A stretch of 38,426 nucleotides of DNA. Source: a virus (taxonomy: Duplodnaviria; Caudoviricetes). The position numbers and the translations under genes are program-made. The stretch is taken from positions 1-38,426 of IMG/VR virus record IMGVR_UViG_3300042881_003247, one strand, 5' to 3'. The notes beneath the pieces were generated by a model. The model did no database searches and was not told the origin of the DNA. It worked only from the letters and a program-made list of their open reading frames with translations. Position 1 is the first letter of the stretch; every line of letters begins with the position of its first letter. Of the stretch, positions 1 to 9,641 are shown piece after piece.

Positions 1-1
1 C

Positions 2-1294
2 GCTGTCGAGGGTTGGGACGACAAATGGGTCGAGCAAGTCGTGGAGAAGAAAGGCGACATCCGTCGCATCTCGCTGAACCTCCACCGCAGCGACCAGTTC
101 CTCTACGACCACCAGCGCGACATGATCGAGATCTGGCACGTCTACAGGAAGGAGCACGACGACCGCACCAAGGCGATGCGCGTCACCCGCACCGTCCTCA
201 GCTACCACGTCCCCGACCGCACCGCCGTCCACGACATCCTGCCCTACGCCCACGCGCTTTATCCCTTCGTCGAGCTGCCCCGCGAACGCGCCTCGCGCCC
301 CATCTTGGAATCCCGCGGCGTGCCGGAGATCGTCCAGACCGCCCAGGAAGAAGTCAAAATCCAGCGCGACATGCGAGGCGACCGCGCCAGCATCGTCACC
401 TTGCCTCCGCTCAAAACGCCCGCCGCGCGCGGCAAGATGGATCTCATCATGGGACCGGGCGTGCAAATCCCCGAGCGCCGCCCCGGCGAGATCTCTTGGA
501 TGAACCCGCCGCAGCCCGACGCCGGCAGCATCGAAGTCGAAATGTCCATCCGCAACGATGTGGACAACTACTTCGGCCGCATCAGCGAAGCCGTCCCGCC
601 GCAACGCTACATGCTGCACACCCAAGAGCTGGTCGATAGCTGGCTCCTCGACATGAAGCTCTGCCTCGTCCAGACGCTCGCTCTTTGTCAGCAGTATATG
701 ACCGCGGAAGAAGTCGCCCGCGTCACCGGCAACCCCAATCTCCCGCTCACCGCCAGCCCCGCCGATATCCGCGGCCGCTTCGACGTGACCTGCGAGTTCG
801 ACGCCCGACTGCTCGACTCCGAAGCCCTCGGCGCCAAATTAGATTACCTCGCCAAAGTCTTGGTTCCCCTAGACAGCTTCGGCGTTATCGACCGCGCCGG
901 TCTTGTGAAATACATGTTCCAGGCGGTTGACCCCAACCTCGCCGGAATCCTCGTCCAAGACATCGGCCAAGCCACCGCCGCCGAGCAAGAAGACGAGCAA
1001 ACCGCCTTCGCAAAAATCGCCGCAGGCACCGAGCCGCCGCTCAAAGAAGGCGGCCAAAACGCCCAAGTCCGCCTGCAAACCTTGCAGACGATCATTCAGT
1101 CGAACCCCGCCGTCCAACAGCGATACCAGCAGGACGAAATCTTCCGCAAGATGATCGACGCCCGCGCGCAAGCCTTCCAGTTCCAGCTCCAGCAGCAGCA
1201 AAACGCAGTCATCGGCCGCACCGGCGCCCAGCCCGCGCTGCAAAAGATGGCGCAAGACCAGCAACTCGGCATGACCGCCGCACCCGCCGCCTAA
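2..1294 (+). CDS. Portal protein, C-terminal part (5'-truncated by the window edge)
   Basis: Frame is open from base 2. The helical protein with 'RFDVTCEFDAR' and a Q-rich C-terminal tail resembles podovirus portals, and it lies directly upstream of the tail genes. Confidence 0.7.
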   Translation, partial: AVEGWDDKWVEQVVEKKGDIRRISLNLHRSDQFLYDHQRDMIEIWHVYRKEHDDRTKAMRVTRTVLSYHVPDRTAVHDILPYAHALYPFVELPRERASRPILESRGVPEIVQTAQEEVKIQRDMRGDRASIVTLPPLKTPAARGKMDLIMGPGVQIPERRPGEISWMNPPQPDAGSIEVEMSIRNDVDNYFGRISEAVPPQRYMLHTQELVDSWLLDMKLCLVQTLALCQQYMTAEEVARVTGNPNLPLTASPADIRGRFDVTCEFDARLLDSEALGAKLDYLAKVLVPLDSFGVIDRAGLVKYMFQAVDPNLAGILVQDIGQATAAEQEDEQTAFAKIAAGTEPPLKEGGQNAQVRLQTLQTIIQSNPAVQQRYQQDEIFRKMIDARAQAFQFQLQQQQNAVIGRTGAQPALQKMAQDQQLGMTAAPAA

Positions 1295-1297
1295 CCC

Positions 1298-1507
1298 ATG
1301 CACCCCAACGTCTCAGTCAGAAACATCGCCGGTCTAAATATACCGCAGCATAACGCCGTCGAGCTGAACTACGTCTCCACGACAAACAATCTCTCCACGG
1401 TGGTCTACAAAGAAGGCAGCCAGACGGTCGCCACGCTCACCTTCACCTATGTCGGCGGCACGCCGTCCAGCGATGACGCAAAGATCGCCACCGTGACCCG
1501 CAGCTAA
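1298..1507 (+). CDS. Small virion-associated protein (69 aa)
   Basis: Beta-rich ORF whose stop overlaps the tail fibre start (TAATG). Confidence 0.6.
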   Translation: MHPNVSVRNIAGLNIPQHNAVELNYVSTTNNLSTVVYKEGSQTVATLTFTYVGGTPSSDDAKIATVTRS

Positions 1508-3282
1508 TGGCCATTAAGTTCAATCCGCTGACAGGAAACTTCGACTTCACCGGCTCCGGTGGAGGCGGCGGCGGTGCGAGCTATATCGACGGCGAGGTGC
1601 AAAACTTCAGCGCGTTGCCCACCGCCAACCCGCCAGCCGTAGACAGCGCCTACCTCGTCCGCGAAGCCGAAGGCACTTGGCTCATCAACCGCAAGCCCGC
1701 GGGCATCTACATTCGCGTTGCCACCACCGGAACACGCGCAACTGACTGGACCTACGCGGGCATTCTGCCGGATGTCTTCAACGACGCCAACTTCCTGCTC
1801 TACGACAACGGCGACAGCTCCAAGAATCTAGCCTTCCAACTCTCCGGCATCACCACCGGCACTACCCGCACGCTGACCGTGCCAGACGCCTCTGGCCGCA
1901 TCCAAGTCGAAGGCCAGCCCATCGGCAACACCACGCCCGCCGCAGGCAGCTTCACCACGCTCACCGCCAACAATGGCACGCTCACGGCGTCCGCGCCTGC
2001 TGGCACATTCTCGCAGACTTGGGACGACGAATCCGTATTCACCGCCAGCATCAGCGGAACGACCATGACCGTCACCGCCGTGACCAGTGGGACAATTCGC
2101 GTGGGCATGTTGCTGACTTCAAGTGGTTTAATTTCGCCAGGAACCACCATTACCGCCCTTGGCACAGGTTCTGGTGGAGCAGGAACCTACACAGTTTCCA
2201 TTTCTCAAACGCGAGCCAGCGCAACGATTACGGGAACGCTGAACGTATTTAAGGCATTAGTCGTTAATGCAACCAGCACCGCGTCAGCCAGCACGGCATC
2301 TTTGTTTGAGGCTCAGGTAAACGGATCGTCAGTCTTCACTGTTCATCGCGGCGGCCAAATTCAACCCTCAGCCAGCAATAACGCTGCATTGGTCACTGTT
2401 GGTTGTGGTTTTCCAAGCACAGGGTTTTACGATGGAACAAACACGGGGCTGCGTTGTGGCGTCGGCGGCAACTTGCAAATGACTTGGGGTAGCACAGGCA
2501 TCGTTGCTCTGCGCGGAACGAACTTGGAATTAAGTTGGAATAACGACTTGAGCCTTATGCGCGATGGGGCTGACGCACTGGCATTGCGCCGATCTACGGC
2601 AAACAACGCACAAACCTTCAACATTTACAACACCTTCACCTCCGCGACGAACCACGAACGTCTACGTTTGGCTTGGTCAAGCAATGTCGCCATCATCGGC
2701 ACGGAGAAGGGATCGGGCGGCGGGACGGCGAGGGCGCTGGCGCTTCAAACAGACGGAACCACGCGAATGACCGTAGGCACCGATGGGTTCGTCGGAATTG
2801 GTGTCACCGCAGAAAGGCCGCTACACATCCAAGGTTCCGCTGCTTTTGGTCGCATGGATCGTCAAGGAGCTAACGGCCCTGCGTGGCTAATGATTCGGAT
2901 GGCGACAGGCACAACTGTAAGTAGTTCTTGGTTGTTTGGCCCAGCAACAGGAGTTGCATCTGTGGCAAACGATGATTTTGCCATCATTGACTACGGAACT
3001 TTTACGAGTGGCACAAGCGGCACTCAACGCCTCACTATTGCCAAGTCAGACGGCCAACTAACGGTCAACGGCAACCTCAATCTTTCGACCAAGGATCTCG
3101 TCACCGACACCACGACCGGCACCAAGATCGGCACCGGCACCACGCAGAAGATCGGTTTCTTCAACGCCACGCCCGCCGTGCAACCCGCCGCCGTGGCCGA
3201 TGCAACGGACGCCGCCAGCACGCAAGCCCGCCTCAACGATCTGCTTGCCCGCCTCCGCACCTTGGGCCTCATCGCTACCTAA
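1507..3282 (+). CDS. Tail fibre / receptor-binding protein
   Basis: 591 aa, G/T/S/A-rich. It has an 'FNPLTGNFD' N-terminus, '[12 protein letters not shown]' fibre motif and '[14 protein letters not shown]' C-terminus. Confidence 0.8.
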   Translation: MAIKFNPLTGNFDFTGSGGGGGGASYIDGEVQNFSALPTANPPAVDSAYLVREAEGTWLINRKPAGIYIRVATTGTRATDWTYAGILPDVFNDANFLLYDNGDSSKNLAFQLSGITTGTTRTLTVPDASGRIQVEGQPIGNTTPAAGSFTTLTANNGTLTASAPAGTFSQTWDDESVFTASISGTTMTVTAVTSGTIRVGMLLTSSGLISPGTTITALGTGSGGAGTYTVSISQTRASATITGTLNVFKALVVNATSTASASTASLFEAQVNGSSVFTVHRGGQIQPSASNNAALVTVGCGFPSTGFYDGTNTGLRCGVGGNLQMTWGSTGIVALRGTNLELSWNNDLSLMRDGADALALRRSTANNAQTFNIYNTFTSATNHERLRLAWSSNVAIIGTEKGSGGGTARALALQTDGTTRMTVGTDGFVGIGVTAERPLHIQGSAAFGRMDRQGANGPAWLMIRMATGTTVSSSWLFGPATGVASVANDDFAIIDYGTFTSGTSGTQRLTIAKSDGQLTVNGNLNLSTKDLVTDTTTGTKIGTGTTQKIGFFNATPAVQPAAVADATDAASTQARLNDLLARLRTLGLIAT

Positions 3283-3286
3283 TCTT

Positions 3287-3595
3287 ATGCTAACCAACCC
3301 TAATCCCATCGAAACGCCCGCCGTAGCCGCCAAAGTCTACGACCGCCTGCACGTTTACAGTCTGTCCGCCATCCAGCCGACCACTGATTCCGGCAGCATC
3401 ACCGTGGAGCTTCTGCCTGCAACCGCAGACGGAGAACTGGCAAACGGAAGCCTCGTCCAAAAGATGACCGCGCCGTTGACGCCCGAAATCATGGCAGAGG
3501 TTCCCGAACTCGCCGCCGCTTTCGCCGCAGTCCTCGCCGCGATTCCCGCGACCCAAGCGTATTTGGCCAGCCAGCAGGAGCAGCCCAATGAGTAA
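3287..3595 (+). CDS. Hypothetical protein, possible tail fibre assembly factor
   Basis: ATG at 3287 lies just after the fibre stop; the ORF overlaps the next gene. Confidence 0.6.
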   Translation: MLTNPNPIETPAVAAKVYDRLHVYSLSAIQPTTDSGSITVELLPATADGELANGSLVQKMTAPLTPEIMAEVPELAAAFAAVLAAIPATQAYLASQQEQPNE

Positions 3596-3749
3596 GCAAG
3601 TCACACTAACAGAAGCAGAGGCCAAGATCGTCATGCAATGCCTCGACCTCGCCGTCAAAACCGGCGGATTGAACGCAGCAGCGCAGATCCTGCCGCTGGC
3701 GACCAGCATCGAGAAGCAACTCACGGAGGAAGCGCCCGCTGCTGAATAA
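3588..3749 (+). CDS. Small helical protein MSKQVTLTEAEAKIVMQCLDLAVKTGG... (53 aa), possible fibre chaperone
   Basis: Read by hand (below the ORF-track cutoff). It fills the gap exactly and is coupled to the next gene by TAATG. Confidence 0.6.
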   Translation: MSKQVTLTEAEAKIVMQCLDLAVKTGGLNAAAQILPLATSIEKQLTEEAPAAE

Positions 3750-4366
3750 TGAGGACTGTCACATTACAGTCTATCTTGCTCCGCGCATGGCAGCGTGTCG
3801 GCAACGACGCCAGCACCATCGACGCCATCCCATCCGGCGCCCGCACCATGATGGTCGCCGCTGCCAACGAGCGCATTGCGGATTGCTGGGAGTGGGCCGA
3901 CTGGCCGGAACTCATGCGCGTCGAAGAACGCACCGTCGAAGGCGACGAGACCAACGGCTATTATATTCCCTACGAGCAGAGCGGCGAGACTGCCATGGGC
4001 GAAGTCTTTAGCGTCCTGCGCGACAACCCCGCAACCCACGTTGCGCCCCGCGCCATCGGCTACACGCTACTCGGCGACAATGTGCGCTTCCCGCAAAGCA
4101 CCGACCTGCCAACCACCGTCTGGGTCAACTACCGCGTGCGCCCGACCGAATACAGCGCAAGCAACCTCGCCGCGACAGTGCCCGCCGTCATCGCCAAAGC
4201 AGTCGGCCTGATGCTGAGTGCAGATTTGCTCCAAGAGGACGGACAGACCGACAAAGCACTCGCCATGGAACAGCTCGCCGAGTCCGAGCTGATCTCCCAG
4301 CGCGACAAATACTACTTCCAACAAGGGCAGCCATCCATGTGGACCGCCCGCGTTAACCAATACTAA
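3749..4366 (+). CDS. Head-tail adaptor / tail tubular protein A-like
   Basis: 205 aa with 'ANERIADCWEWADWP' N-terminal helix pattern. Size and position fit podovirus adaptors. Confidence 0.6.
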   Translation: MRTVTLQSILLRAWQRVGNDASTIDAIPSGARTMMVAAANERIADCWEWADWPELMRVEERTVEGDETNGYYIPYEQSGETAMGEVFSVLRDNPATHVAPRAIGYTLLGDNVRFPQSTDLPTTVWVNYRVRPTEYSASNLAATVPAVIAKAVGLMLSADLLQEDGQTDKALAMEQLAESELISQRDKYYFQQGQPSMWTARVNQY

Positions 4367-4369
4367 ATC

Positions 4370-4624
4370 ATGCACCCGAATACCCGCATCACCAACCGCA
4401 CGTCCGGCAGCCAATTCATCGGCGACACCAACACCGTCACCGCTGACATCGTCTCCATCGACGTGATGACCGACACCAAGTTCCACACGCTGACCGGCAA
4501 CCTCACCGGCGCCGCCAACGCCACCGAGGCCAGCGCCGCGCTCATCAAGGCAGGCACGACCCTCGACGGCTTTTTCAGCGCGATCAAGCTGCACAGCGGC
4601 ACGGTCATCGCTTACCGCAAGTAA
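4370..4624 (+). CDS. Small structural protein (84 aa)
   Basis: Ends 'IKLHSGTVIAY', a beta-rich pattern typical of small virion proteins. Confidence 0.55.
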   Translation: MHPNTRITNRTSGSQFIGDTNTVTADIVSIDVMTDTKFHTLTGNLTGAANATEASAALIKAGTTLDGFFSAIKLHSGTVIAYRK

Positions 4625-4644
4625 ACCCATTGAGGAGCCGGACG

Positions 4645-4857
4645 ATGAGCCTGTCGTATTTTCATCACAACATGAGCACCACCGAGAAGGGCGTGCTTGG
4701 AACGGTTACTAGCATCGGCTCAAGCGTCTTCTCAATGCTCCCTCACCTAGAAACAACCCTGCGAGTCGCCGGTCTATGTGTCGGCCTCGCGGTCGGCGTT
4801 GTCACCCTACTTTCGGTCCTTCACGACCTCCGCAAGAAGCAACAGAAAGACAAATAA
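4645..4857 (+). CDS. Holin-like membrane protein
   Basis: One or two hydrophobic segments followed by a basic C-terminus (LRKKQQKDK); first gene of the lysis cluster. Confidence 0.55.
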   Translation: MSLSYFHHNMSTTEKGVLGTVTSIGSSVFSMLPHLETTLRVAGLCVGLAVGVVTLLSVLHDLRKKQQKDK

Positions 4858-4858
4858 T

Positions 4859-5032
4859 ATGCGTAACTGGAAGACAACGACCATTGCAGCGCTCACGGCG
4901 CTCATCGCCCTCATGACCGGCACCAAGGAATACCTGACCACCGGCCAAATCCCTGACATCGGCCTCATCGCCGCCGCACTCACCAGCGCATGGGGCCTCT
5001 GGATGGCGAAAGACCACGACGCCCGACTGTAA
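4859..5032 (+). CDS. Holin (two-TM, 'MRNWKTT...AKD' type)
   Basis: 57 aa, two TM helices, NWKTT start and AKD end as in many small phage holins. Confidence 0.65.
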   Translation: MRNWKTTTIAALTALIALMTGTKEYLTTGQIPDIGLIAAALTSAWGLWMAKDHDARL

Positions 5033-5232
5033 TGAAATGCCGCCCGCAGTTCGCCGCAGCAATGGCCATCGCGCTCATCCTTGGTGGGTGCGTGAGCATT
5101 CCTCTGCCGCCGGTGGACGGCGAGAAGACGCAAGCGGGCGACTGGGGCAGCATCAAAATTATGGTCACCTACGTTCCCAACATCAACAACATCGTCCAGT
5201 CCTACAAGGAATGGAAAAAGCCCGAACAATGA
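5032..5232 (+). CDS. Lipoprotein, possible spanin component
   Basis: Signal peptide with lipobox LGGC, located inside the lysis cluster. Confidence 0.55.
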   Translation: MKCRPQFAAAMAIALILGGCVSIPLPPVDGEKTQAGDWGSIKIMVTYVPNINNIVQSYKEWKKPEQ

Positions 5233-5576
5233 AATCCTTCGTAGAACGCCAACTAGTTAAACTCCTCCTCTCACGCGGAGGCCCGCTGCTGCAAAAGCTC
5301 GTCACGGCAGCCGCCGCTGCCGCGCTAACTTACATTGCCGCCAAGTCCGGCTTGGACATCCGCGCCCTCGGAGTGAACGAAGCGGTCATCGCCGGAATCA
5401 TCTGGGGCATCTTGGACATTGCCGTCACCAAGCTCCCCGCCGACATCATCAAGACCTACGGCACCCAAATCCAAAAGCTCCTCAACGCCTACAACCAAGG
5501 CGAGCAGCTCAAGACTGACGGCTTTGTTGGACCGAAGACCGTTGCGCAGGCAGAGGCTGAACTTCGCACACGATGA
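5229..5576 (+). CDS. Membrane protein with C-terminal peptidoglycan-binding-like motif
   Basis: Two hydrophobic segments, then 'IQKLLN...LKTDGFVGPKT', resembling PG_binding_1 (L.vDG.vGp.T). Confidence 0.55.
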   Translation: MKSFVERQLVKLLLSRGGPLLQKLVTAAAAAALTYIAAKSGLDIRALGVNEAVIAGIIWGILDIAVTKLPADIIKTYGTQIQKLLNAYNQGEQLKTDGFVGPKTVAQAEAELRTR

Positions 5577-6121
5577 TTCCAAAAGACCGGCCGCGCATCG
5601 AACGCAAGACCACGGAGCAGCTCCTAAAGCTCCGCAAGGTCAGCGATCCGGTGTGTCTGGTCGGCATCCGTGGATACTACCGCGATACAATGGGCGCGGT
5701 CGGCAAGCAAGATGTGGGTATCTACGATGACGCTATCGTCCTCGTCTCGCCTAACGTCCACGCCGCATTCAACGCCAACGTCGATCCGTCCCGCCTCGGC
5801 TGGAACGCCAACGCCCGCAAGCCGATGGCCCAGCTCAAGGCCGGTGTCTACCGCTACAAAATCGGCCAGCACGGCATCAGTCGCGGCAACCCCTACAAGG
5901 CATTAGTGCAGGCGGGTCCGGTGACGGTGATGCGCGGCGACAAGGAAGAGACCGGACACTTTGCCATTAACATTCACAAGGGCGGGCGCACCACGACCAG
6001 CTCGGAGGGCTGCCAGACGATCCCTCCTCAACAGTGGGACGCTTTCCTCGCTATCACCGAGTCCGAGCTAAAGCGCAACAACGCCAAAACTCTTTCCTAC
6101 GTCCTAGTCAACAACTCCTAA
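5573..6121 (+). CDS. Endolysin, L,D-transpeptidase (YkuD)-like cysteine peptidase
   Basis: 'INIHKGGRTTTSSEGCQTI' matches the H..G...SxGC catalytic motif; it follows the holins. Confidence 0.7.
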   Translation: MIPKDRPRIERKTTEQLLKLRKVSDPVCLVGIRGYYRDTMGAVGKQDVGIYDDAIVLVSPNVHAAFNANVDPSRLGWNANARKPMAQLKAGVYRYKIGQHGISRGNPYKALVQAGPVTVMRGDKEETGHFAINIHKGGRTTTSSEGCQTIPPQQWDAFLAITESELKRNNAKTLSYVLVNNS

Positions 6122-8265
6122 TGCCTCTCGAAAGTCCAATTCAGCGCGACGGCGACAACGGATTCATTGGTTTCGCCAGCCGATTGAACCCGCTGACGTT
6201 GCCCGCCGGCATGCTACAAGACAGCGTGAACATGCGGCTTGATCGCGGAGTGGCGACCACACGCAAGGGAAGTAAGCGCCTTACTGATAGTGTTGGCGTG
6301 ACCGGCTCTCCGCTGACCCTTGACATGCCGCTCGGAGCAGATCAGACGGTGACAAGCCTAACCTTCAGCTCACCCAAGGCGACCGCCACGCTAGTCGGCC
6401 ACGGATACATCACCGGCGACCAGATCAATGTTCGCGGCGCAACGCAGGCTCAATACAACGGCGACTTCGTCATAACCAAGCTGACCAACGACACTTTTGA
6501 ATATACAGTGGCGGGCAGTCCAGCAACGCCGGCAACAGGAACCATCGTTGCCAGCAATGGCCCCGAGCTTCGCGACGACTACTCTGGCGGCATGTTTGCA
6601 GCCGGCGTCTTCGCATCACAGAACTACGACAACGCCTCCGAATACATCGTGCTGGTCAGCGCCAACTCGGCAACACTGTGGCGAGACGGCGAGACGCTTG
6701 TTACAAAGACGTTCCCGACATCGCCTGACGAGCAATGCGAATCGACAGACACGGTCTCGGTTGTGCAGGCTTTCAATAGGCTTTATGTCTTGCGCGAAGC
6801 CGACCGCACAGTAGCCGGATGGGGCGAGAAACTGACAAACGCCTCTGGCATCACAGTGAGCGGCACAACGGCCACGGTCAATTTCGCCTCGGCGCACGGC
6901 TATCCGACCGGCGCCCGCGTGCACATAGACGGCTCTGAAATAACGGCAGCCTTCAATGGTCAAGAATACGACATTGTGGACAACGCTCCGGGAGGAAACA
7001 CAAGCCGACTTACAATCACAGTGCCGAGCGGGACAGTGACCGATGCCTCGGCAGGAATCAAGGTGCGCCGAGTCAAGCCTCCAATTTATTGGGACGGAGG
7101 CAGCGGCAACTTTGTCCGCGCTGTCGGAGGCATTCCTGTTGGCCTTAACGCCAGCTTCACGACCATGCCGTCTGTCGGATGGGCTAGTTACATCAACAAT
7201 CGCCTGTGGTTTGCCCGCAACCGGGACACGGTGGGAATCTCTGACGCTCTCGACGGGGATGTTTATGACGCTGTGTTCAACAGCTTCCGAGTCGGCGCTG
7301 GAGGGAGTGACCGCATCATAGGTATTCACCCGTGGGTTGAGGGGCAGGCGCTCGTCTTTTGCAGAAACTCAATCTGGCTGGCGACACTTAATCAATTTCC
7401 GTCAAGCGATGGCGAAGACTTTGAGGTGAACCCAACAGTGACCAACCTGCTGTTGCTCACCGACGAAATCGGCTGCTCTGCCCGCCAGACAATCCGCACG
7501 GCTGGTCAGTTCGTTTTCTTTCTCAGCGATGCTGGGGTCTACCGCCTTGACTCCCGATTGGACCTCAAGCTGCGCGGCGACACGAAGCCTCTCAGTGATC
7601 CCATTAACGACATTTTTGAGTCTGTCTATCAGCCGCGAGTTGAGGAGTCTGCCTGCGCGCTGTGGCACGACAACCGCTACATCATCGCCCTCCCGACAAG
7701 CAGCGAACGCAACGACGGCAATCAGCTCGTTTTATGCTGGAACGCTCTGAACGAGCGCTGGGAGTCCCGCGACATCTACAGCGCCAACACGGCGGTCAAC
7801 CACCTAGCTGTTTCCACCTATTCCAACCGGCGGCGCATATTCACCGTCCCCCGCACCGGAAACCTTTATTTGCTTGAGGAAAAAACCAACGGCACAGACG
7901 ACCAAGCGAGCGGAAGTGGAACCAACGCAATCGTTGGCTCAATCAAAACGCGGCGCTACGACTTCCGAGACATGAGCAGCAAAAGGTTCTTGCGGACTAT
8001 CACCAATGTGGTGATGCCAGCGGGAGCCTCTGTTACCACCAAGGTCAGCACGATAGACCCTGACAAAGTAGAGGATCAGGTCGGAAGCGTAACAAACAGC
8101 GGCGACAGCTCAGAAGACTACCATCTCAAGTCGCCGATCCGCTACAAGGCGCACGCTGCGGAACTGATTTACGAGACCAGCGGCGGCAGGCCGGAAATTA
8201 GGAGCGTTGCTATCGAAGCATCGCCCAAATCAGAGCCGGCTACATTGACGCGAACAGAAAGCTAA
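6121..8265 (+). CDS. Tail nozzle / tail tubular protein B-like (beta-propeller) with two inserted repeat domains
   Basis: 714 aa from ATG 6121. Contains 'GCSARQTI', 'FFLSDAGVYRL', 'PLSDPIND' and 'YIIALP' motifs typical of podovirus nozzle/stabilisation proteins. Confidence 0.7.
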   Translation: MPLESPIQRDGDNGFIGFASRLNPLTLPAGMLQDSVNMRLDRGVATTRKGSKRLTDSVGVTGSPLTLDMPLGADQTVTSLTFSSPKATATLVGHGYITGDQINVRGATQAQYNGDFVITKLTNDTFEYTVAGSPATPATGTIVASNGPELRDDYSGGMFAAGVFASQNYDNASEYIVLVSANSATLWRDGETLVTKTFPTSPDEQCESTDTVSVVQAFNRLYVLREADRTVAGWGEKLTNASGITVSGTTATVNFASAHGYPTGARVHIDGSEITAAFNGQEYDIVDNAPGGNTSRLTITVPSGTVTDASAGIKVRRVKPPIYWDGGSGNFVRAVGGIPVGLNASFTTMPSVGWASYINNRLWFARNRDTVGISDALDGDVYDAVFNSFRVGAGGSDRIIGIHPWVEGQALVFCRNSIWLATLNQFPSSDGEDFEVNPTVTNLLLLTDEIGCSARQTIRTAGQFVFFLSDAGVYRLDSRLDLKLRGDTKPLSDPINDIFESVYQPRVEESACALWHDNRYIIALPTSSERNDGNQLVLCWNALNERWESRDIYSANTAVNHLAVSTYSNRRRIFTVPRTGNLYLLEEKTNGTDDQASGSGTNAIVGSIKTRRYDFRDMSSKRFLRTITNVVMPAGASVTTKVSTIDPDKVEDQVGSVTNSGDSSEDYHLKSPIRYKAHAAELIYETSGGRPEIRSVAIEASPKSEPATLTRTES

Positions 8266-8274
8266 CAAACAACC

Positions 8275-9612
8275 ATGGCAACCTACGGATACACCTTCAC
8301 TTCGGGCGACACGTTGACCCCGACAAAATTAAACAATGCGCGGTCTGTAAGTGACATTGCAAATGCTGACATCGCATCGGCCGCCGCCATTGACAAAACC
8401 AAGATTGCCGGCACGGCCATCACCGCAGCCGACACCGGCACGGTGACCAGCACAATGCTCGCCGATGGGACCATCACCAACACCGACATCAACGCCTCAG
8501 CGGCGATTGCTCACACAAAGCTCGCCACCATGACGGCCGGACAGGTTCTTCTCGGCAACGCAAGCAATGTGCCCACCGCAACAGCGCTGTCCGGTGACGT
8601 GACTGTCACCAGTTCCGGCGTTACGGCCATTGCGGCCGGAGTTGTGGTGAACGCCGACATCAGTGCCTCGGCGGCGATTGACAAGAGCAAGCTGAACTTG
8701 GCCGGACAGATCGTCAACGCAGACATCAACGCATCGGCGGCAATTTCGGACACCAAGCTGGCGACGATTGCGACAGCCGGAAAGGTCAGCAACAGCGCCA
8801 CCACCGCAACGAACGCAAACACTGCAAGCGCCATCGTGGCGCGAGACGCCAGCGGGAACTTTGTGGCGGGAACCATCACCGCCGATGTGACCGGAAACGC
8901 GGCGACATCGACCAAACTTAGCAGTGCCAAGACATTCGCCTTAACCGGCGATGTGACCGGCTCGGCATCCAGTGATCTTACAACTGGCCCGAGCATAGCC
9001 GCGACAATAGCCAATGACGCCGTCACCTTTGCCAAAATGCAAAACTCGGCAGCCGCCGGACTATCAGTGGTCGGCCGAAGCGCAGCCACCGCAGGCGACT
9101 TTGCTGAGATAACGGCCGGAACCGATGGGCACGTTGTCCGCAGAAGCGGGTCTTCTGTCGGCTTTGGCACCGTGGCTACGGCGGGCATCGCGGACGCCGC
9201 CGTGACGGCGCCCAAACTGAGCGGAGCACAAACCGGCACCGCGCCGATCTACGGAGTGCGGGCATGGGTTAATTTCAACGGAACAAGGAACGTAACGGAT
9301 ACCGGTGCCTCCACCAATGGAGCGAACGTCTTGCTCAAGGCGAGCGGCAACGTGACCAGCGTCCTAAAGAACGCCACGGGAGACTATACGATCACATTCA
9401 CTACGGCTCTGCCTGACGCAAACTATGCTGTGTCCGCAATGACAACAGGAGTTAATACGGGCACAAACACAACGCGGCACGTTGTGGTCAAGGGAGACCC
9501 AACCAGCGGCGCTTCAGACAAAACAACCACAACCCTAACAATTCTATGCGGAAGCTCGGCGGCGTCGAGCCTGGACGACATGGCCGATGTGAGCGTGATG
9601 GTTATTCGCTAA
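8275..9612 (+). CDS. Second tail fibre / spike
   Basis: Repeated 'I(T/V)NADI(N/S)ASAAI' units. C-terminal 'RAWVNFNG...GNVTSV...GDYTITFTTALPDANYAV' domain is common at fibre tips. Confidence 0.75.
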   Translation: MATYGYTFTSGDTLTPTKLNNARSVSDIANADIASAAAIDKTKIAGTAITAADTGTVTSTMLADGTITNTDINASAAIAHTKLATMTAGQVLLGNASNVPTATALSGDVTVTSSGVTAIAAGVVVNADISASAAIDKSKLNLAGQIVNADINASAAISDTKLATIATAGKVSNSATTATNANTASAIVARDASGNFVAGTITADVTGNAATSTKLSSAKTFALTGDVTGSASSDLTTGPSIAATIANDAVTFAKMQNSAAAGLSVVGRSAATAGDFAEITAGTDGHVVRRSGSSVGFGTVATAGIADAAVTAPKLSGAQTGTAPIYGVRAWVNFNGTRNVTDTGASTNGANVLLKASGNVTSVLKNATGDYTITFTTALPDANYAVSAMTTGVNTGTNTTRHVVVKGDPTSGASDKTTTTLTILCGSSAASSLDDMADVSVMVIR

Positions 9613-9641
9613 ACGTAGATTGAATTAACTAGGAGGCAATT

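Noticed and set aside
15-29. 15-bp exact match GGGACGACAAATGGG between 15-29 and 37694-37708
   Set aside because: About one such match is expected by chance in 38 kb, it does not extend, and one copy lies within portal coding sequence. It is not a terminal repeat or att site.
8340-8780. Repeats in the second fibre as a DGR or VNTR
   Set aside because: They are degenerate protein-level repeats; there is no reverse transcriptase and no adenine-specific TR/VR pair.
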